NCBI GenBank assembly: GCA_051294375.1
Contig: CM119267.1
Location: 10,039,458 to 10,103,457 of the forward strand
Direction: 5' to 3'
From: Paraspadella gotoi
Taxonomy: Eukaryota; Animalia; Chaetognatha
Length of the DNA stretch: 64,000 bases
Shown: positions 49,083 through 62,253 of the stretch, in pieces
Layout of the letters: each line of letters starts with the position of its first letter
How positions within the stretch are numbered: position 1 is the first letter of the stretch
Program-made: the position numbers and the translations under genes
Notes under the pieces: generated by a model
Database searches by the model: none
What the model was told of the DNA's origin: nothing
The model's input: the letters and a program-made list of their open reading frames with translations, nothing else

Positions 49083-51500
49083 CGTCCTCTCCCCGTCGTA
49101 TTCACCGTGGCTTTAAGGTTCCTTCGTCTAACTGGCCTGGTCATCGTCTCCGCCCGAATTCAAAGCCTCTTTCTTTTCTTTTTCTTTCGGCGCCGGGATT
49201 CGTGAGTCGGCGAAGATTTTTTTTTGTTTTCTGCCGAAAAAATGAAAAACGAGAGAGAGAGAGAATAGTTCCAATTTCGTATCTTTCAGTGCGTTTTTTG
49301 GTTTTTTTTCATCCTGAATCTTTCAGCGACAGATCATTTCGTCTTATGATGGTTGTCGTTGTTGTTGTATAGTTGTTTTATCTACTCGAAGTCGTATTCT
49401 TTACATGTCTATTCGTTTCTTTGTTCTTTTATTTTTAGGCATCACATTAAGCAAGCCGTACGGCCAGCTGTTAAAAATTGAGTTTTTCTATTTACTTTTG
49501 ACATTTTTCCAAATGACATAGAGATCAGTACTACCTGATGAATTTTATTATGCTAACTAAATGTAATAAAAATAACTTTATAAGTTCAGACATCATCTAC
49601 CTAAATGTAATACCTACAATACAATTACAAAAATAACACACCATATCAATACATACATTACATAGCATACACCTACAATACACTCATGATCATATCACTA
49701 ACACAAATAGCAATACATTCGCATACATACATTAGTGTACATTTTACAATACAATACAAATGCTCTCTCTGTCTATCATTCCCACTCCAACCTTAATCCA
49801 AGCCTCTGTGATTTTCACGGGCATCCACCATCTCTCAACTCCCACGCCTCCAAAAATACAACTCCACGCTGCTTATATCTCACGCACAACGCCACGTAGC
49901 CGCTCCACCTTGATTCCTTCGCTCCACTGGCTCCAGCGGAGCACGCACTTTCTAGTTTCGAGTCACCCTCTCCATCCGACTCAACTCGTCTTGCTAATTT
50001 ACATATACACTTCACAGCTGCCATCGTTTCATCCTAATATTTCAACTCTCTCTTCCCTCCACCGTATAATTTATACTATTTTCGCTCTACGACAATGCAA
50101 CCCACTTTCATCTCTTATATCCACCTTTCCCCTCCCTTTCTTTCGATACCACACTCTACTCCTCATATCATACCCCCTTCTCGACCCTTCTCCACTTCCC
50201 CCTCATCTCTCTCTAGAGAGAGAGAGACTGAGCCGGTGAGTCACCGTTCCGCGCGACCGAGTTTTGAATAACGAAGATGATCGTGTTGCTCTTTCTGTAA
50301 CAAGTTGTTCGGCCAAATGGCGTCTGAGAGACGTTGCGTCGGGGAAGAGAGTTTTTATGAGGAAGAGGAATGGGAGGTTAAGGAGACAAAAATGTCACGA
50401 GACGGAATCACGGAAAATCGAAATGGATCGAATTCCATCTCGNNNNNNNNNNNNNNNNNNNNNNNNNNNNNNNNNNNNNNNNNNNNNNNNNNNNNNNNNN
50501 NNNNNNNNNNNNNNNNNNNNNNNNNNNNNNNNNNNNNNNNNNNNNNNNNNNNNNNNNNNNNNNNNNNNNNNNNNNNNNNNNNNNNNNNNNNNNNNNNNNN
50601 NNNNNNNNNNNNNNNNNNNNNNNNNNNNNNNNNNNNNNNNNNNNNNNNNNNNNNNNNNNNNNNNNNNNNNNNNNNNNNNNNNNNNNNNNNNNNNNNNNNN
50701 NNNNNNNNNNNNNNNNNNNNNNNNNNNNNNNNNNNNNNNNNNNNNNNNNNNNNNNNNNNNNNNNNNNNNNNNNNNNNNNNNNNNNNNNNNNNNNNNNNNN
50801 NNNNNNNNNNNNNNGATTTAAATGAAAACAAAAGCCTTTTGAACACGAAGCAGTTAAAGCCTTAAGAGTTAGAGAAGAGGTTTAGACGCGTGTAGACGCG
50901 ACGCGCGCAGAGTTTTAGAAATTTGCAGTGGAAACGCGTAAGAGGGGGTCGCTTGGTAGAAAAAAAATCGAAATGGTCATAAAGTAAAAGTTTACTGAGG
51001 TGAAGATCTGAAAAAAATTACTATTTAATCCCTTTTTAAGCGATATAATACAGAAAAGAACATCTCTCGACCATAGGGATCCAATGATAAACTAAAGGGT
51101 CCGGATCTCATCAGTCATTCTTCCACGCGGAGCAATGGAATCGGACGCGTTGTCAAGGAAACGCCTCCGGTTTATTAGTTTCGTTGACGACCGATCCTTA
51201 CACGGGAGCCATGGCCAGTTTTATGTACCTATAAAATATACCGCGTTTGTTTTCTTCATTCGATTATAAGCGTTAACCCGCTGAGCCATTAGCGAATTGA
51301 CGTGGTCTAATTTGGCTATTGATAAAACTCAACTTAATCGATAGAACGAGATAAAAAAAAAATGGCGCCTGAGGCTGAACGAAATCGGAGGCGATTCGAA
51401 CGACGTCAAAACGCGAATCAAATCGACGCGCGAGTTTTTTTGTGTTTTTTTTTTTTTTTTTACTCAAACGCGAAAAAAACAAAACGATTCTCGTCTGGCT

Positions 51501-51573
51501 TCGAATGGCGAATGGCGAATGGCGAATGGCGAATGGCGAATGGCGAATGGCGAATGGCGAATGGCGAATGGCG
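51501..51573. repeat. (GGCGAAT)n heptanucleotide tandem repeat, about 10 copies
   Basis: Direct reading; a noisy counterpart lies at ~46205-46350. Confidence 0.95.
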
Positions 51574-54559
51574 AGTTGTGTTTTGACCGGTTCAGAGTGG
51601 TTACACGAAGCGAGGAGTGGGGTGGAGATAGCGTTTGAAAGAGGTGGAGTGAAGGATATGGTGGAGGATAAAGTCGGAAACTTCGCTTGATGTCGCCACG
51701 TGGCTCGAAATGTTCTTTTATTTATATATATTTTTTATTTATGCGATTCTCTACGAAAGAGATGATCAATTATTCAACCATTTCTTCATCGTATGGAACT
51801 GAACTTTAGACAACTGAAAAAAACAGGTGAGCAGACCAAAAAAAAAACTGAAGGAAGGATGACAATGGCATCGAAATATCGTCGACGCTTCGAAAACTCC
51901 GCCCCCCTTCCCCCCGTCACTCCACCCCCCTCCACTTTCCCCCCCCTTTTCCCCCTCCACCTCCACCCGCCCTCCACCCCCCTCTATCGCAAGACTCGCC
52001 CCGATTCCAATTTCGATGCATTCCTACGTCGTTCCCTCCTTTTTCATGTCTTAATATCCGCCACTTTTTTTTGTGGTGCGATAAAATTTGAACGCAGCCG
52101 CCCCGGCGCCCCCTTGGGTTTTTTTTCGAAGGCCAAGCGTGGCGCGGGATGAAGAGGTCTATGAGGGAGTTTGAGAATAGGAGATATCGCGTCGATTAAC
52201 GATATATATATATAAACTTTATTATATATATAATATTAAAGTACGTCTTTGTGTCATTTTCGTTTTTCAAGGGCGAAACTTAGAAATGAAGGAGACGTCG
52301 TCTTGAACCAAGAGGGTCCGTCCCGAGTGGAAATGAAATCGATTGGCGCTGAAACGGAGTGCGGCGTGGAAGTCTGACGAAGACACGAGGCAACGCGCTC
52401 TTCGCGCTCAGTCGGGTTCATTCAGCGCCATATCAGAATCAGTCACGACTATTGACGACGGACGACTTTTCAGATCGATCTTTCCTGCGCATTGAGTGAC
52501 CGTTCCACACATTGATCTTTTAATTTTAGCATAACAACCTCTTTTCCTCTCTATATGATAACTCCTCTCTTCCCTCCCACCCCTAACGCCCCCCCACCGC
52601 TGATACATGCCTCAGGAAAAAATAAAAAAATTTCAGAAAGGAGCGAAAACACGTCATGTCACCGAAATCGATTTCACGAGTAGTTTTAATTGACAAGTGA
52701 AGGCTCTTGCGGATCTTGACCAAATAAAGATTCGAAAAATGTCGACTTTTCTTTCTTACTCTTGCGACCTGCTCTTTTACTTCTCTAAAATAAAAAACTT
52801 TTTTTCTTTATTACTGTTCATTTTCTAATACATTGTCAATTGTAATAAATGATAACGCGTTATTACGAAAAGCTAGACGGTCTCAGCCTTTATCAGTATC
52901 CATGAAATCCCCAAATGCGTATCTTTTACATAGTAATATATTTTGTTAGTTACTTATATCGTAGAAGGTGCACGCAATCTGTTTCCTAATTGACAAAAAA
53001 CCATTTTTTATTATAGAGTCACTCGTTTACCCAGTGTTTTATCACTCTCGTAAAGATCTTAGGTTTGCATTAGTTAAGAAGGAAGGTTTCTTCTGTGTCT
53101 CGTTGGATGCGATTAATGGCGATTCAAAATAAAATTAAGAGAGAGAAACTTTGATTTGTCACAATAGGGATTTATAGACCATTATTCGACAGATTGCTCG
53201 AAAGAATATAATAAGAAATTAACTACCATTTTCATTTTGAAATTTAGGGGGAATTTTCTTCGGTAGTTACCCGTTTTAAACCAGGTTTTTATCATATGTT
53301 AAAATGACAATGTTTTATTAGTTAGTAATGGTTTTTGCTATTATGTCTGTTGGGCGGGATTTGCGGTTTTGAGTTTTAAGAAAGAAATATACCTATCCTA
53401 GTCGACTAATGTCAATCATCAGAAAATAACAAAGAAAGAACTAGGTTTTACAGTATTTTTTTTGCTGACTTTCTTTATTCGTTTAAGCAGGTTTATCCTT
53501 GAACTTAGTATCAATTGTCAGGTTGAACAGGTCACATACAGGTTCTCAGTAATCTGTGTTAATGCGGATTTTACGCGAGTTTGATTTTTAAGAGAAACAA
53601 GCTTACCAAATAAACTTACTCATCCCCAAGAAAAGAACAAAGAAAGAACGAGGGTTTTTTCAATTTTTTCAACTTTTACTTCGATGAGTTTTCATGCAGG
53701 TTTCTTATAATAAGGGAAAGAAATTTAGGTTAACAGCTTGCCCGACGATTACATTGATGTAGGGTTTGAAGCCGAATTTTTGCGTGTTTACTGTTTTACA
53801 TGAGTAACAAGACCCAACCAGTAAACCCATCAGATATGCCGAAATTAAGAAAAATATAAACCAGCCGGAGATCTGGCCTGCCTGCACCGACTCCAGTTAT
53901 GTCATGCACGTTAGGTCATGTCACTTCATGTCATTCACGAGAATACACGCAATTAAGGTAGTTCATGCGGGCAACACTCTGAATTACAGATTTTGTTATG
54001 AAGTTTGCGATTTTGTGTCTTAAAGCTCGCATGTTTCTGTCATTGTCCGTATTCTTTCCTCTTCTTTCATCAGTTCCTCTTCTTGAACTTCCCTTGTTCT
54101 CTTCTCCACATTGTCTTCAATGTCATCGTTTTTAATAGTCTTCGTCGGTCATCTTGTCTGTTTTATCATCCACCATGACAACGTTTGTCTGAATTGTTCT
54201 CGCTTTCTTTCTCTCTTCCTCTGTCTCTGTCTGTCTCTCTCTTTCTCTTTCCTGTCTCTCTCTGTCTCTCTCTCTATCTCTTGTCTTTCTCCTCTCTCTC
54301 TGTACGATCTCTTGCCGTGACTCGTTTTTTGAAAAAATTTTGGATTATTTTTTCCTTTTAAAACTGTTGATTACTCGCCATTTATTCCACGCTTCTCAAT
54401 GCAAATCCCAAATTTACATCCGAAGAATTTTCTTGGATCTTATTCTCTTTCTTTCTTCTCTCTCTTTCTTTCTGTCTCTCTCTCTCTTTCTTTCTTGCTC
54501 TCTTTCTCTCTCTCTCTTTCTCTCTCTCTTCACTCATACACGTATTTGTTTGTTTTTAT

Positions 54560-54812
54560 TATGATGAATGATTATCATCACATCAATGAACTGACTATCA
54601 TCGCTATCAACATTTTGGTATTACGCAGCAATCCATTTGTTTATCATCACACTCGATCATTTTGGTTATCATCGCATCAATTAATGGTTATCATACGATC
54701 AATTATTGCTTATCATGCGCATCAATATTTGGTTAGTCATCGCAATCAATCATTTGGTTATCATCGCGATCTCAATCTTTGTTATCATCGCATCAATTAT
54801 TTGGTTATTATG
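54560..54812. repeat. ~22-23-bp tandem repeat (tttggttatcatcgcatcaat...)
   Basis: Around ten degenerate units seen directly. Confidence 0.8.
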
Positions 54813-55269
54813 AAGCGGAGGCTCGATCCTATCTTTTTCTAAAGATTTTTTTGTCCGCTCTATATTTTACAAGTATTTAATAATTCTGAGAGTTACCTGA
54901 CGAATGTGAAATAAGAGAAATGGACCAATTAGTGATCCATCCAGGGACAAGCAAAAAGTTGAGTCTTATTTGGCATATTTGATAGCTTCTAATAACTCTA
55001 ATTTCTTAAAATATTTGTATAAAAAGATTTAATAGCGAAAACAAACAATTATGCCTTAGAAAATACAATACTAAAGTGATGTCTGAACGATGATAAAGTG
55101 TGTCATAGTTTTATTAAGGATTGATGTCATTATTATTCAAACTAAAAAGTAAAAGATTTAGAATATTTTCTAGAGGTATCATTGTAATCGATAAATTGGT
55201 GAATACCAAATCGGGGAGTGGGTGGATGTGCAATGTCCATAACCATTGCCAAAGGACGAAACAGGAAGA

Positions 55270-55873
55270 GAGAGATAGGCGCGACGGAGGAAGGAGCCAG
55301 GGCGGTTAACCTTGTGAGGCCCTTTCAAAATATAACATTGTGTACGAGATAGGCGTAACGGAAGGAGGAAGGAGCAGGGCAGTTAACCTGGAGGCCCTTT
55401 TTTCAAAATATAACATCGCTTGTTGTACGAAGATAGGCGGACGGGCAGGAAGGAGCAGGCGTTAACCTGGAGGCCCTTTTTCAAAATATAACCATTGTGT
55501 ACGAGATAGGCGGACGGAACGCGAAGGAGCACGGCCGTTAACCTGGAGGCCCTTTTTCAAAATATAACATTGTGTACGAGATAGCGGACGGAGGAAAGGA
55601 CAGGGCGTTAACCTGGAGGTGCCCCTTTCTTTCAAAATATAACATCGTGGTACGAGATAGTGCGGACGAAGGAAGGAGCAGGCGTTAACCTGGAGGCCCC
55701 TTTTTCAAAATATAACATTGTGTACGAGATAGGCGGCACGGAGGAAGGAGCAGGGCGTTAACCTGGAGCCCTTTTTCAAAATACTAACATTGTGTACGAG
55801 ATAGGCGGACGGAGCAAGGAGCCAGACGGCGCGTTTTAACCTGGAGGCCCCTTTTTCAAAATATAACATTGTG
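55270..55873. repeat. Minisatellite, ~71-bp unit, 8-9 copies
   Basis: Consensus ttttcaaaatataacattgtgtacgagataggcggacggaggaaggagcagggcgttaacctggaggccct. Copies differ by scattered indels. Confidence 0.95.
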
Positions 55874-56005
55874 CCCCCCCCCCCCCCGACACGATTTTCC
55901 ATTCTGTTGTTGACAGTTTTTTGTCAGGATTTCGGCTTTTCGAATCTCTCAGCAGCAGATCCGAACGATCGGAAATAAACGGACGACCCAACGGATTTCC
56001 TCCCT

Positions 56006-56092
<87 letters not shown>

Positions 56093-56123
56093 CTTTCTCT
56101 CTCTCTCTCCTCTACGCTCTCTC

Positions 56124-56158
<35 letters not shown>

Positions 56159-56539
56159 TCCCTCTCCTCTCTCTCTCTCTCTCTCCCGCAGGCCTCTACC
56201 CAATAACTCTCTCTCTTTCTCGAACGAGGCGCGATATGACGCGATGCCCCACAAGATCCCCTACAGCCCGATGCGCGCCCGTTACCAAGGGCAACGTTCC
56301 GACGGGCTCCGCTTTAATCGAACTCTGCTGGTTGGGGTCAATGGCTGTCCGTCTTTTCTAAGAAGAAGGTTCCCGGATCGATTCTAAGATTTGACAGCGG
56401 GTTGAGTTTTCAGCGTTAAACCACTGACCATTCTGGACACCGATATGGAATGGTAATCCAGCATGCAGCAAGGTGTTCGGAAACCGCCTTCGGTAATGCT
56501 ATCCTGAAATGAGAGTCTCGATTGAAAACTTGCTGGGCA

Positions 56540-56698
56540 CTGCTGTGTTATTATTACTTTGTACGAGGGATCGAGGCCTAAGCCGTTATAGCCGGTCAGG
56601 GGAAAGATATTCCTTTTCTTGAATTTAACTGTCAGGGGCAAGATAGCTTATTTATTAAATGAATGGATAATTTTTATATTGGTTGTACCAATTTCATA
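56540..56698 (+). repeat. Dispersed repeat family A copy
   Basis: ggggcaagatagcttatttattaaatgaatggataatttttatattggttgtaccaatttcata; a noisy duplicate lies at ~48400-48605. Confidence 0.8.
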
Positions 56699-57188
56699 TA
56701 AGTATTGGTTGGATCGATTTCGTAGTAAAAGCAATTTTTCTTCGTCACTTTGGTTTATTTGCCAAACTAATTTTACGACGCCACCACGACTGGCAACTTA
56801 TCAACAGCTCAATCAGCTCAGCATCGACCCACATCTCCCAAACCTGATCCCCCCCCCCTCCTCGCCACGAACCAATTCTCGGCGAAACGCGCTGACCCCT
56901 GGCGACGGAAGAAGCGACCAACAACAAAAACAAAAGACACCGCGAATACGAATCACTGCGTGCAGGGCAAAAACCGGATGAGGAATGTGAGATCCGGCGA
57001 TGAAGGAAAGATTGGGTCATTTGGTAAGTGGACCGGCGGATAATGGGAACTGAAACCTATAGTGAGAAGGATATATATGATTTATTTCTCATCGGAAATG
57101 GATTAATGAGGTGATTCCTGAATGAGAAATATTGGTACTGCTCTGACAGTTTGCCGCGTCAGGATGATTTTGAACTTGTAATGTGCCA

Positions 57189-57322
57189 TATGAATTGGTA
57201 CAACCAGATTATAAAGAATTATCCATTTCATTTATCAAGTAAGCTATCTATGTCCTCCGCTTTAAACAGGCTTTTGGTGGTTATAGCCTCCTATCCACTC
57301 GTTACAAGATATGACCCATAGC
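57189..57322 (-). repeat. Dispersed repeat family A copy (error-rich)
   Basis: atgaattggtacaacc...ttatccatttcattta...aagctatcta...caggcttttggtggtt...tacaagatatgacccatagca. Confidence 0.7.
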
Positions 57323-57344
57323 ACCGCTCTCTCTTCAATTGACG

Positions 57345-57740
57345 GCAATTGAGACAAAAACTTTGTAGTGAGACAACATCGTATATACATATATTGGGTG
57401 AGCACAATATATTGGTGAGAATATAGAGATAAACTGTATAACAATATAATCTGGCGATGTTAAAGCTATATGTCTATCTGGGTCGAGTCTCAAGAGATTG
57501 GCGCGAGGACAATATCTGGTCGTGAAAGTCATAGATTAACGCGAGACAATTAACTGGGTGTGTCAGAGATGTGCGATGGATCAATATCTGGGTTGTCAGA
57601 GTATTGGCACTGAGACAATAAATTACTTCGGAGTGGAGCGTCAGAGGATTGCGCGAGACAATATTCTGAGTGAGTCAAAGATTCGCGAGGACAAATGCTG
57701 GGTGAGGCAAAAGGGCGAAGTAAGGCGACATCGGGTCGAA
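57345..57740. repeat. Degenerate ~30-35-bp tandem repeat (gcgagacaatatctgggtgagtcaaagatt...)
   Basis: Recurrent gagacaat / atctggg / tcaaagattcgcg blocks in error-rich sequence. Confidence 0.6.
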
Positions 57741-60700
57741 AGCAAAAAGGGAAGAAGATAAATGGAATTCAGACCGTCGAGCTGAAGATTAATTGTTGGA
57801 CTGGAAAGTCTCGGACCGTCGAAACACGAGGCGATGGAAAAGACGGGGGGAAAAAAAGGTTTTAAAAAAAAAGGAAAAAAGTAGAAAACGAAATGCCGAA
57901 GATCCGAGGCTGATTAGAATGATCTAACAACAAGCGATAGTTTTCCTTATAACTAAGGATGCGGGTAGTAGGTTAAATTACGGCTGTGGGTTCTACTTCG
58001 ATGGCCAAGCGCTTTCACGCGCTCGCTCTCCTTCGACCCCGACTCCAGACTCATCAACCCTCGGTATCTTCCACCAGAGCCTCCAACCAGCTTCACGCCT
58101 ACAACGTTGAGTTAACAAGCGGGGCGGGTGAGGGGGAGGTGAATTTCTTTAGCATTCAGAATTAGATTCGTTGTGTCGTGTAATTTTCAAGGCGCGGACC
58201 CGGGGACGCTGAAATACTGTATATGACCGAAAGGACGATAACGGCGACGGAAACCGTAACGACGACGTCGGTGATGATGGGAAACAAAAGCGCAAATCGA
58301 GGCCTCGTTTAAAAATTCATCGCGAAATTTCATTGGCATGAGATGGAAAGCCCGTATTCGATTGTAGAGAGAGAGAGAGAGAGAGAGAGATCTGAATGAG
58401 GAGTGAGAGAGAAGAGGTATTTTGTCCGCCAATTTCAGTCGTACCTCGACTCCGGGGCTTCGTGTCGTGAAAGGATGATGGTCGTTCGTCCCTGAGACGC
58501 GCTGAACCTCAGCGGAAAACCACATGACGGGAAAGGAGAGCGAGAATCTCCCCTCGTTCATTGAGCTCCGCGCAAATGATTATAGAAATGAATCATAAGA
58601 CCGATGTCCACGGGAAGGCTTGGTGATTGAGGAAGATTATATCAATCTCAGAGACCAAAAAAGAAGACAGCGATTCTGGGCGACAGCGCTAATGGGACAA
58701 AGAAGCGTTATGGGAATTCCTTCTTATTCATTCGCGTATTTGTTTGTTTCAATTGTGGGTAAATTGGAGTTTGTAAATTGAGAATTTTTTTTTTTCACAT
58801 TATGAAACTTTGGTTACAAACGATTTAGAATAATGTATATCTGATAAGTAAATTTTGTCATTTTATTTTAAAAAGTGGCAATGTTTACCAGACTCGTCAT
58901 GCGGCGCCATGTTACGCGCCACTCTTCGCAGTACGACTCAATTATTTTTTCTTGCTGCTTTATGAATCTGTTTAATGCATCTGTCGACCGCCCGGTCTCC
59001 GCCCGTTTACGAACAGCCAGCGCCGCCAACTGGTAAGAGTGTTCAAGCCATAGTCATCGCGGCATAGATTTTCTAATGTATTTTAGTTCTTAATGACTTT
59101 TAACCAGAGACCGATTACTCCTTTCAATACGAAAAAAGTTCGCAAATATCTGTTGGGATGATAAAGGAACGAAAAAAATACTTATTTAAAAATCACTCGC
59201 TACTGCCTAAGACAATGAATCTTACAAATTCCTTGAGTACGGTTCTGTATATTCGTTCATACTCGAGGAAATCTCCTAAATCTCTTCACAATTTCATCTT
59301 CACTCTCAAATATTCTGTTCAGACTATTTGCACACGTCTTCCCTCTCGACGTTATCTCCCTATTAGTAGGATGTGTTCCGCCCATTCCACGGCGAGTCGG
59401 GTCGTACCCTCCCTATTGCCACTGCCGGGACGGGTTACGTCCCCATCCTCACATAAATTGGTGTATGGGATCTCTGTCCTCCCTCCCTGCACCTCACCTC
59501 CCTGAGCTGAGTACATTATGTGCACTATTACGCTGCCTAATCCGGGTTCCAACCAAGATCCTGTTCCATTGATCATCACTTCCTGATGACTGGAAATCTC
59601 CGTTTCCGCGATACTATCGACTCTAATGACGCCGAAACTCACGATTCCGGGACATTTTGCATGGTGACGAACATGGCTTCTTTTGTGAAATGAATAACAA
59701 AACAATGTCTGCTGTAATCCTTTTTCTGATACTACTCTCGTTGCAGGAGTTTTTTTAACTGATGGACTTGCATATTAGCCGCCTTTAAAGTAGCAGACCT
59801 TCTTATGATGACCCGAGTTTCCAGAGCGATTCAGACGGCTTTAAAGTTATGGTACAGTGGCCTAAAATTATGATCACGGTCATCGATCAAATGATCAGAT
59901 CAGAAATGAGAATACGATGATCTGTGACTCACTCAGTGACACCTAACGATCTAAAAAAAAGAAGTCAAGACAATAAAGAAGAGAGAAGAGAGAGAGAGGG
60001 AGAGCAACGAGAAAAGAGAGAGGAGAGAGAAGTGGTCATCTGGCGCCTCCGAGACAGAGAGAGAGACAGCACAGACCAGACAGACAGGACCAGACAGCAA
60101 CAGAAGGCAGACAGAAAAGGACAGCCACCCATACGATGGTCCAAGATCGCCATCTTCGCCCGAAAATCTCCACTTCAACCGCCGTTTTCCTCTCACCCGA
60201 TTCTTATTTCAAATACGTTGTTTGCCAAAACCCCCGAAAAAACCATCAGATGGGCGAGCTGAGATGAGGCTGCACCGGCAACGTGGGATCAGGTTGGCCG
60301 ATACGATTCGAGCGGCTCGAGAATCGATCTCGGCGCTCAATATCGTTCGTCGATTGTTATCGTTGTTAATTGGGCGATTAATACCTGTTAACGACCCACG
60401 AAGACAAACTCTCGGTGGGCGGCAGGCGACGGGAGAATGTTTTCCGGTCGATGTTACTTTTGTCTATTATTAAAAACGAAGAGGAAAAACAGGAGACGAT
60501 GATTTTTTTTTCATAAAAAGAAACATGCGTTTACATTCAGAATATTAAAATAAAATAAAAAAAAATTTCGGGAATTAGGGATAGTGGCTATCGACTTAGG
60601 GATAAAGACGATAGTTGTTAGGGATTAGTGTTTAATTAAATTTTTGGTTAAATATTAACTCACAGATCTATAAAGTATATTATAGCCACGTCGTTCGATG

Positions 60701-62215
60701 TGCCAACCCAAAAAGAGCGCTCCTAAACATGAATCAATATTAACACAGACGAAAAACATCGCTAACAATTGGCCACCCACGGCAACGAGCAAATCTTAAA
60801 CGAAAAACATGACAGAGCCGTCGCTTTGAAAAAAATCTGGTTCGCCCATACGTAGTGCTTTTTATTGCCAGAGAACTTGGATAGGAAGAGGAGATAGAGA
60901 GAAGATGAGCAGATGAGAAAGCGAGAGATGTGTAGGAAGGATGGATGAGGAGAGAATAGAGAGAGAGAGACGAAACGAGAGCATGAGAGAGAAGAGAAGA
61001 TGAGATGAGAAGACGGAGCGGTTGAGAGAGATAGGAGGAGAGGAGAGAGAGAGGAAATGGTATCGAGAGAAAACGAAATAAAGACAGGATGCCGGAATTA
61101 GAAAGCGACGAGAGTGAAGAGAAAGATGGAGACGAGAAGAGAGTCGAGAGGAGAGAGAGATAGAGAGCAGAAGAGGGGAGAGAGGGGATCAGGAGGAGAG
61201 TTAGGGAAAGGATATAGAAAGCCTACGGAGGTCGGAAGAGGACTGACGGACGGCCGACGACACCGACGAATTGATGTCAGTGCAGTTGGGTGATTCGAAC
61301 TCTTCGTCCTTCCGCCCTGAGATCGAGTCGCGAAATGATCACCCGTTGGATAGGGCGCCTGGGTTTCGGGTAAAAGGGGATTTCGGTTTGGTATGCCGGA
61401 TGCCGTTAATTCGTGGACTGCCGCTCGGTTGCGCTCGGCTGGGAGTTGATGGATCTCAGTCAGTGCTCGGGGATCGTGAGGGTGTGCCTCGGTCCGAAGG
61501 ACCACGATTTTTGCGGGCAGGTATCGGTTTTTCTCGCCGTCGAACTCTCTATTCTATTTGCACGGTAGGGAACGGGTTGTTTTGAAAGTGGTTGTAATTA
61601 AAATTTAAAAACTATTAGATTCGAATGGATATTGGGAGTGAACTCGAACGCCCGGATAAGGAAATACGTATAATGTTATAATTGTAACAATTGATATAAC
61701 ACAGGAAAAATTAGAAGCGGGTTCGCGGATAGAGGGGCCCGAGACGATTAAATCGGCGCTGGCCTCGCTATTGAACGCTCTCGGGGCCGCTCAAGAGAGG
61801 AACGGGAGGCACGGGTCGGGACGGGCGGTAACGTGGAGGGGCGTTGAGTAGTGCATGAGTCGAATGGGCTGGGAAGTCTAGCGACCGAAGGCAGATAAGG
61901 TATTAGCTCTTGCGTTTCCTGGATCCGTTGGCTGAACGAGGGCGAAGAGTGGTACCTCAGACTCGAGGATTACGCGATTCTCTCCCCGTCCTAGCCGCCC
62001 CGCCCCTGTTCTTGCCCTACCTTGCTCCCTGCTCTGGCCGGGTCAAATAATTTCTCTGCTCTGCGCTCTTCGTCCCTCTCTCTCTCCTCCTCTCTCTCTC
62101 TCTCTCTCTCGTCCTCATCTCTCTCATCTTCTCTACTCTCTTTTCTATCTTCTCTTCAGACTCGACTCCTCCTCCTTATTATCCCATCTTACAAGTCATG
62201 CTCTCTCTTCTCTCT

Positions 62216-62253
<38 letters not shown>

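Larger units (their letters stand above)
52595..55873. mobile_element. 3.3-kb insertion with CAC...GTG termini in a poly-C site (Transib/CMC-like non-autonomous candidate)
   Basis: The flanks ...ccctcccacccctaacgccc and cccccgacacgattttcca... are contiguous in the duplicate copy at ~47557-47600. Left end CACCGCTG, right end reverse complement CACAATGTTATATTTTGAAAAA. No transposase ORF visible. Confidence 0.55.
43686..56956. other. Two error-rich copies of the same ~5-kb segment (43686-~48942 and ~50215-56956); probable long-read gap-fill artefact or two haplotypes
   Basis: Shared anchors: gactgagccggtgag (~43779/50227), tggctcgaaat (46520/51701), atcagaatcagtcacga (~47409/52431), cgacacgattttcca (~47586/55887), gaatacgaatcact (~48929/56943). 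25-N gap at 43661-43685 and 372-N gap at 50443-50814. Confidence 0.8.

Noticed and set aside
50264-50865. Long ORFs of 163-186 aa
   Set aside because: They run through the 372-N gap.
51362-51690. ORFs with repeating MANGEWR peptide
   Set aside because: Produced by the (GGCGAAT)n heptamer, which gives the same peptide in every frame.
55270-55873. Regularly spaced repeats resembling a CRISPR array
   Set aside because: The whole ~71-bp unit repeats with no unique spacers, differences are read-error-like indels, there are no cas genes, and the context is eukaryotic.
58488-58500. tccctgagac resembling the miR-125 5' end
   Set aside because: The match ends after 10 nt and no precursor hairpin is evident.
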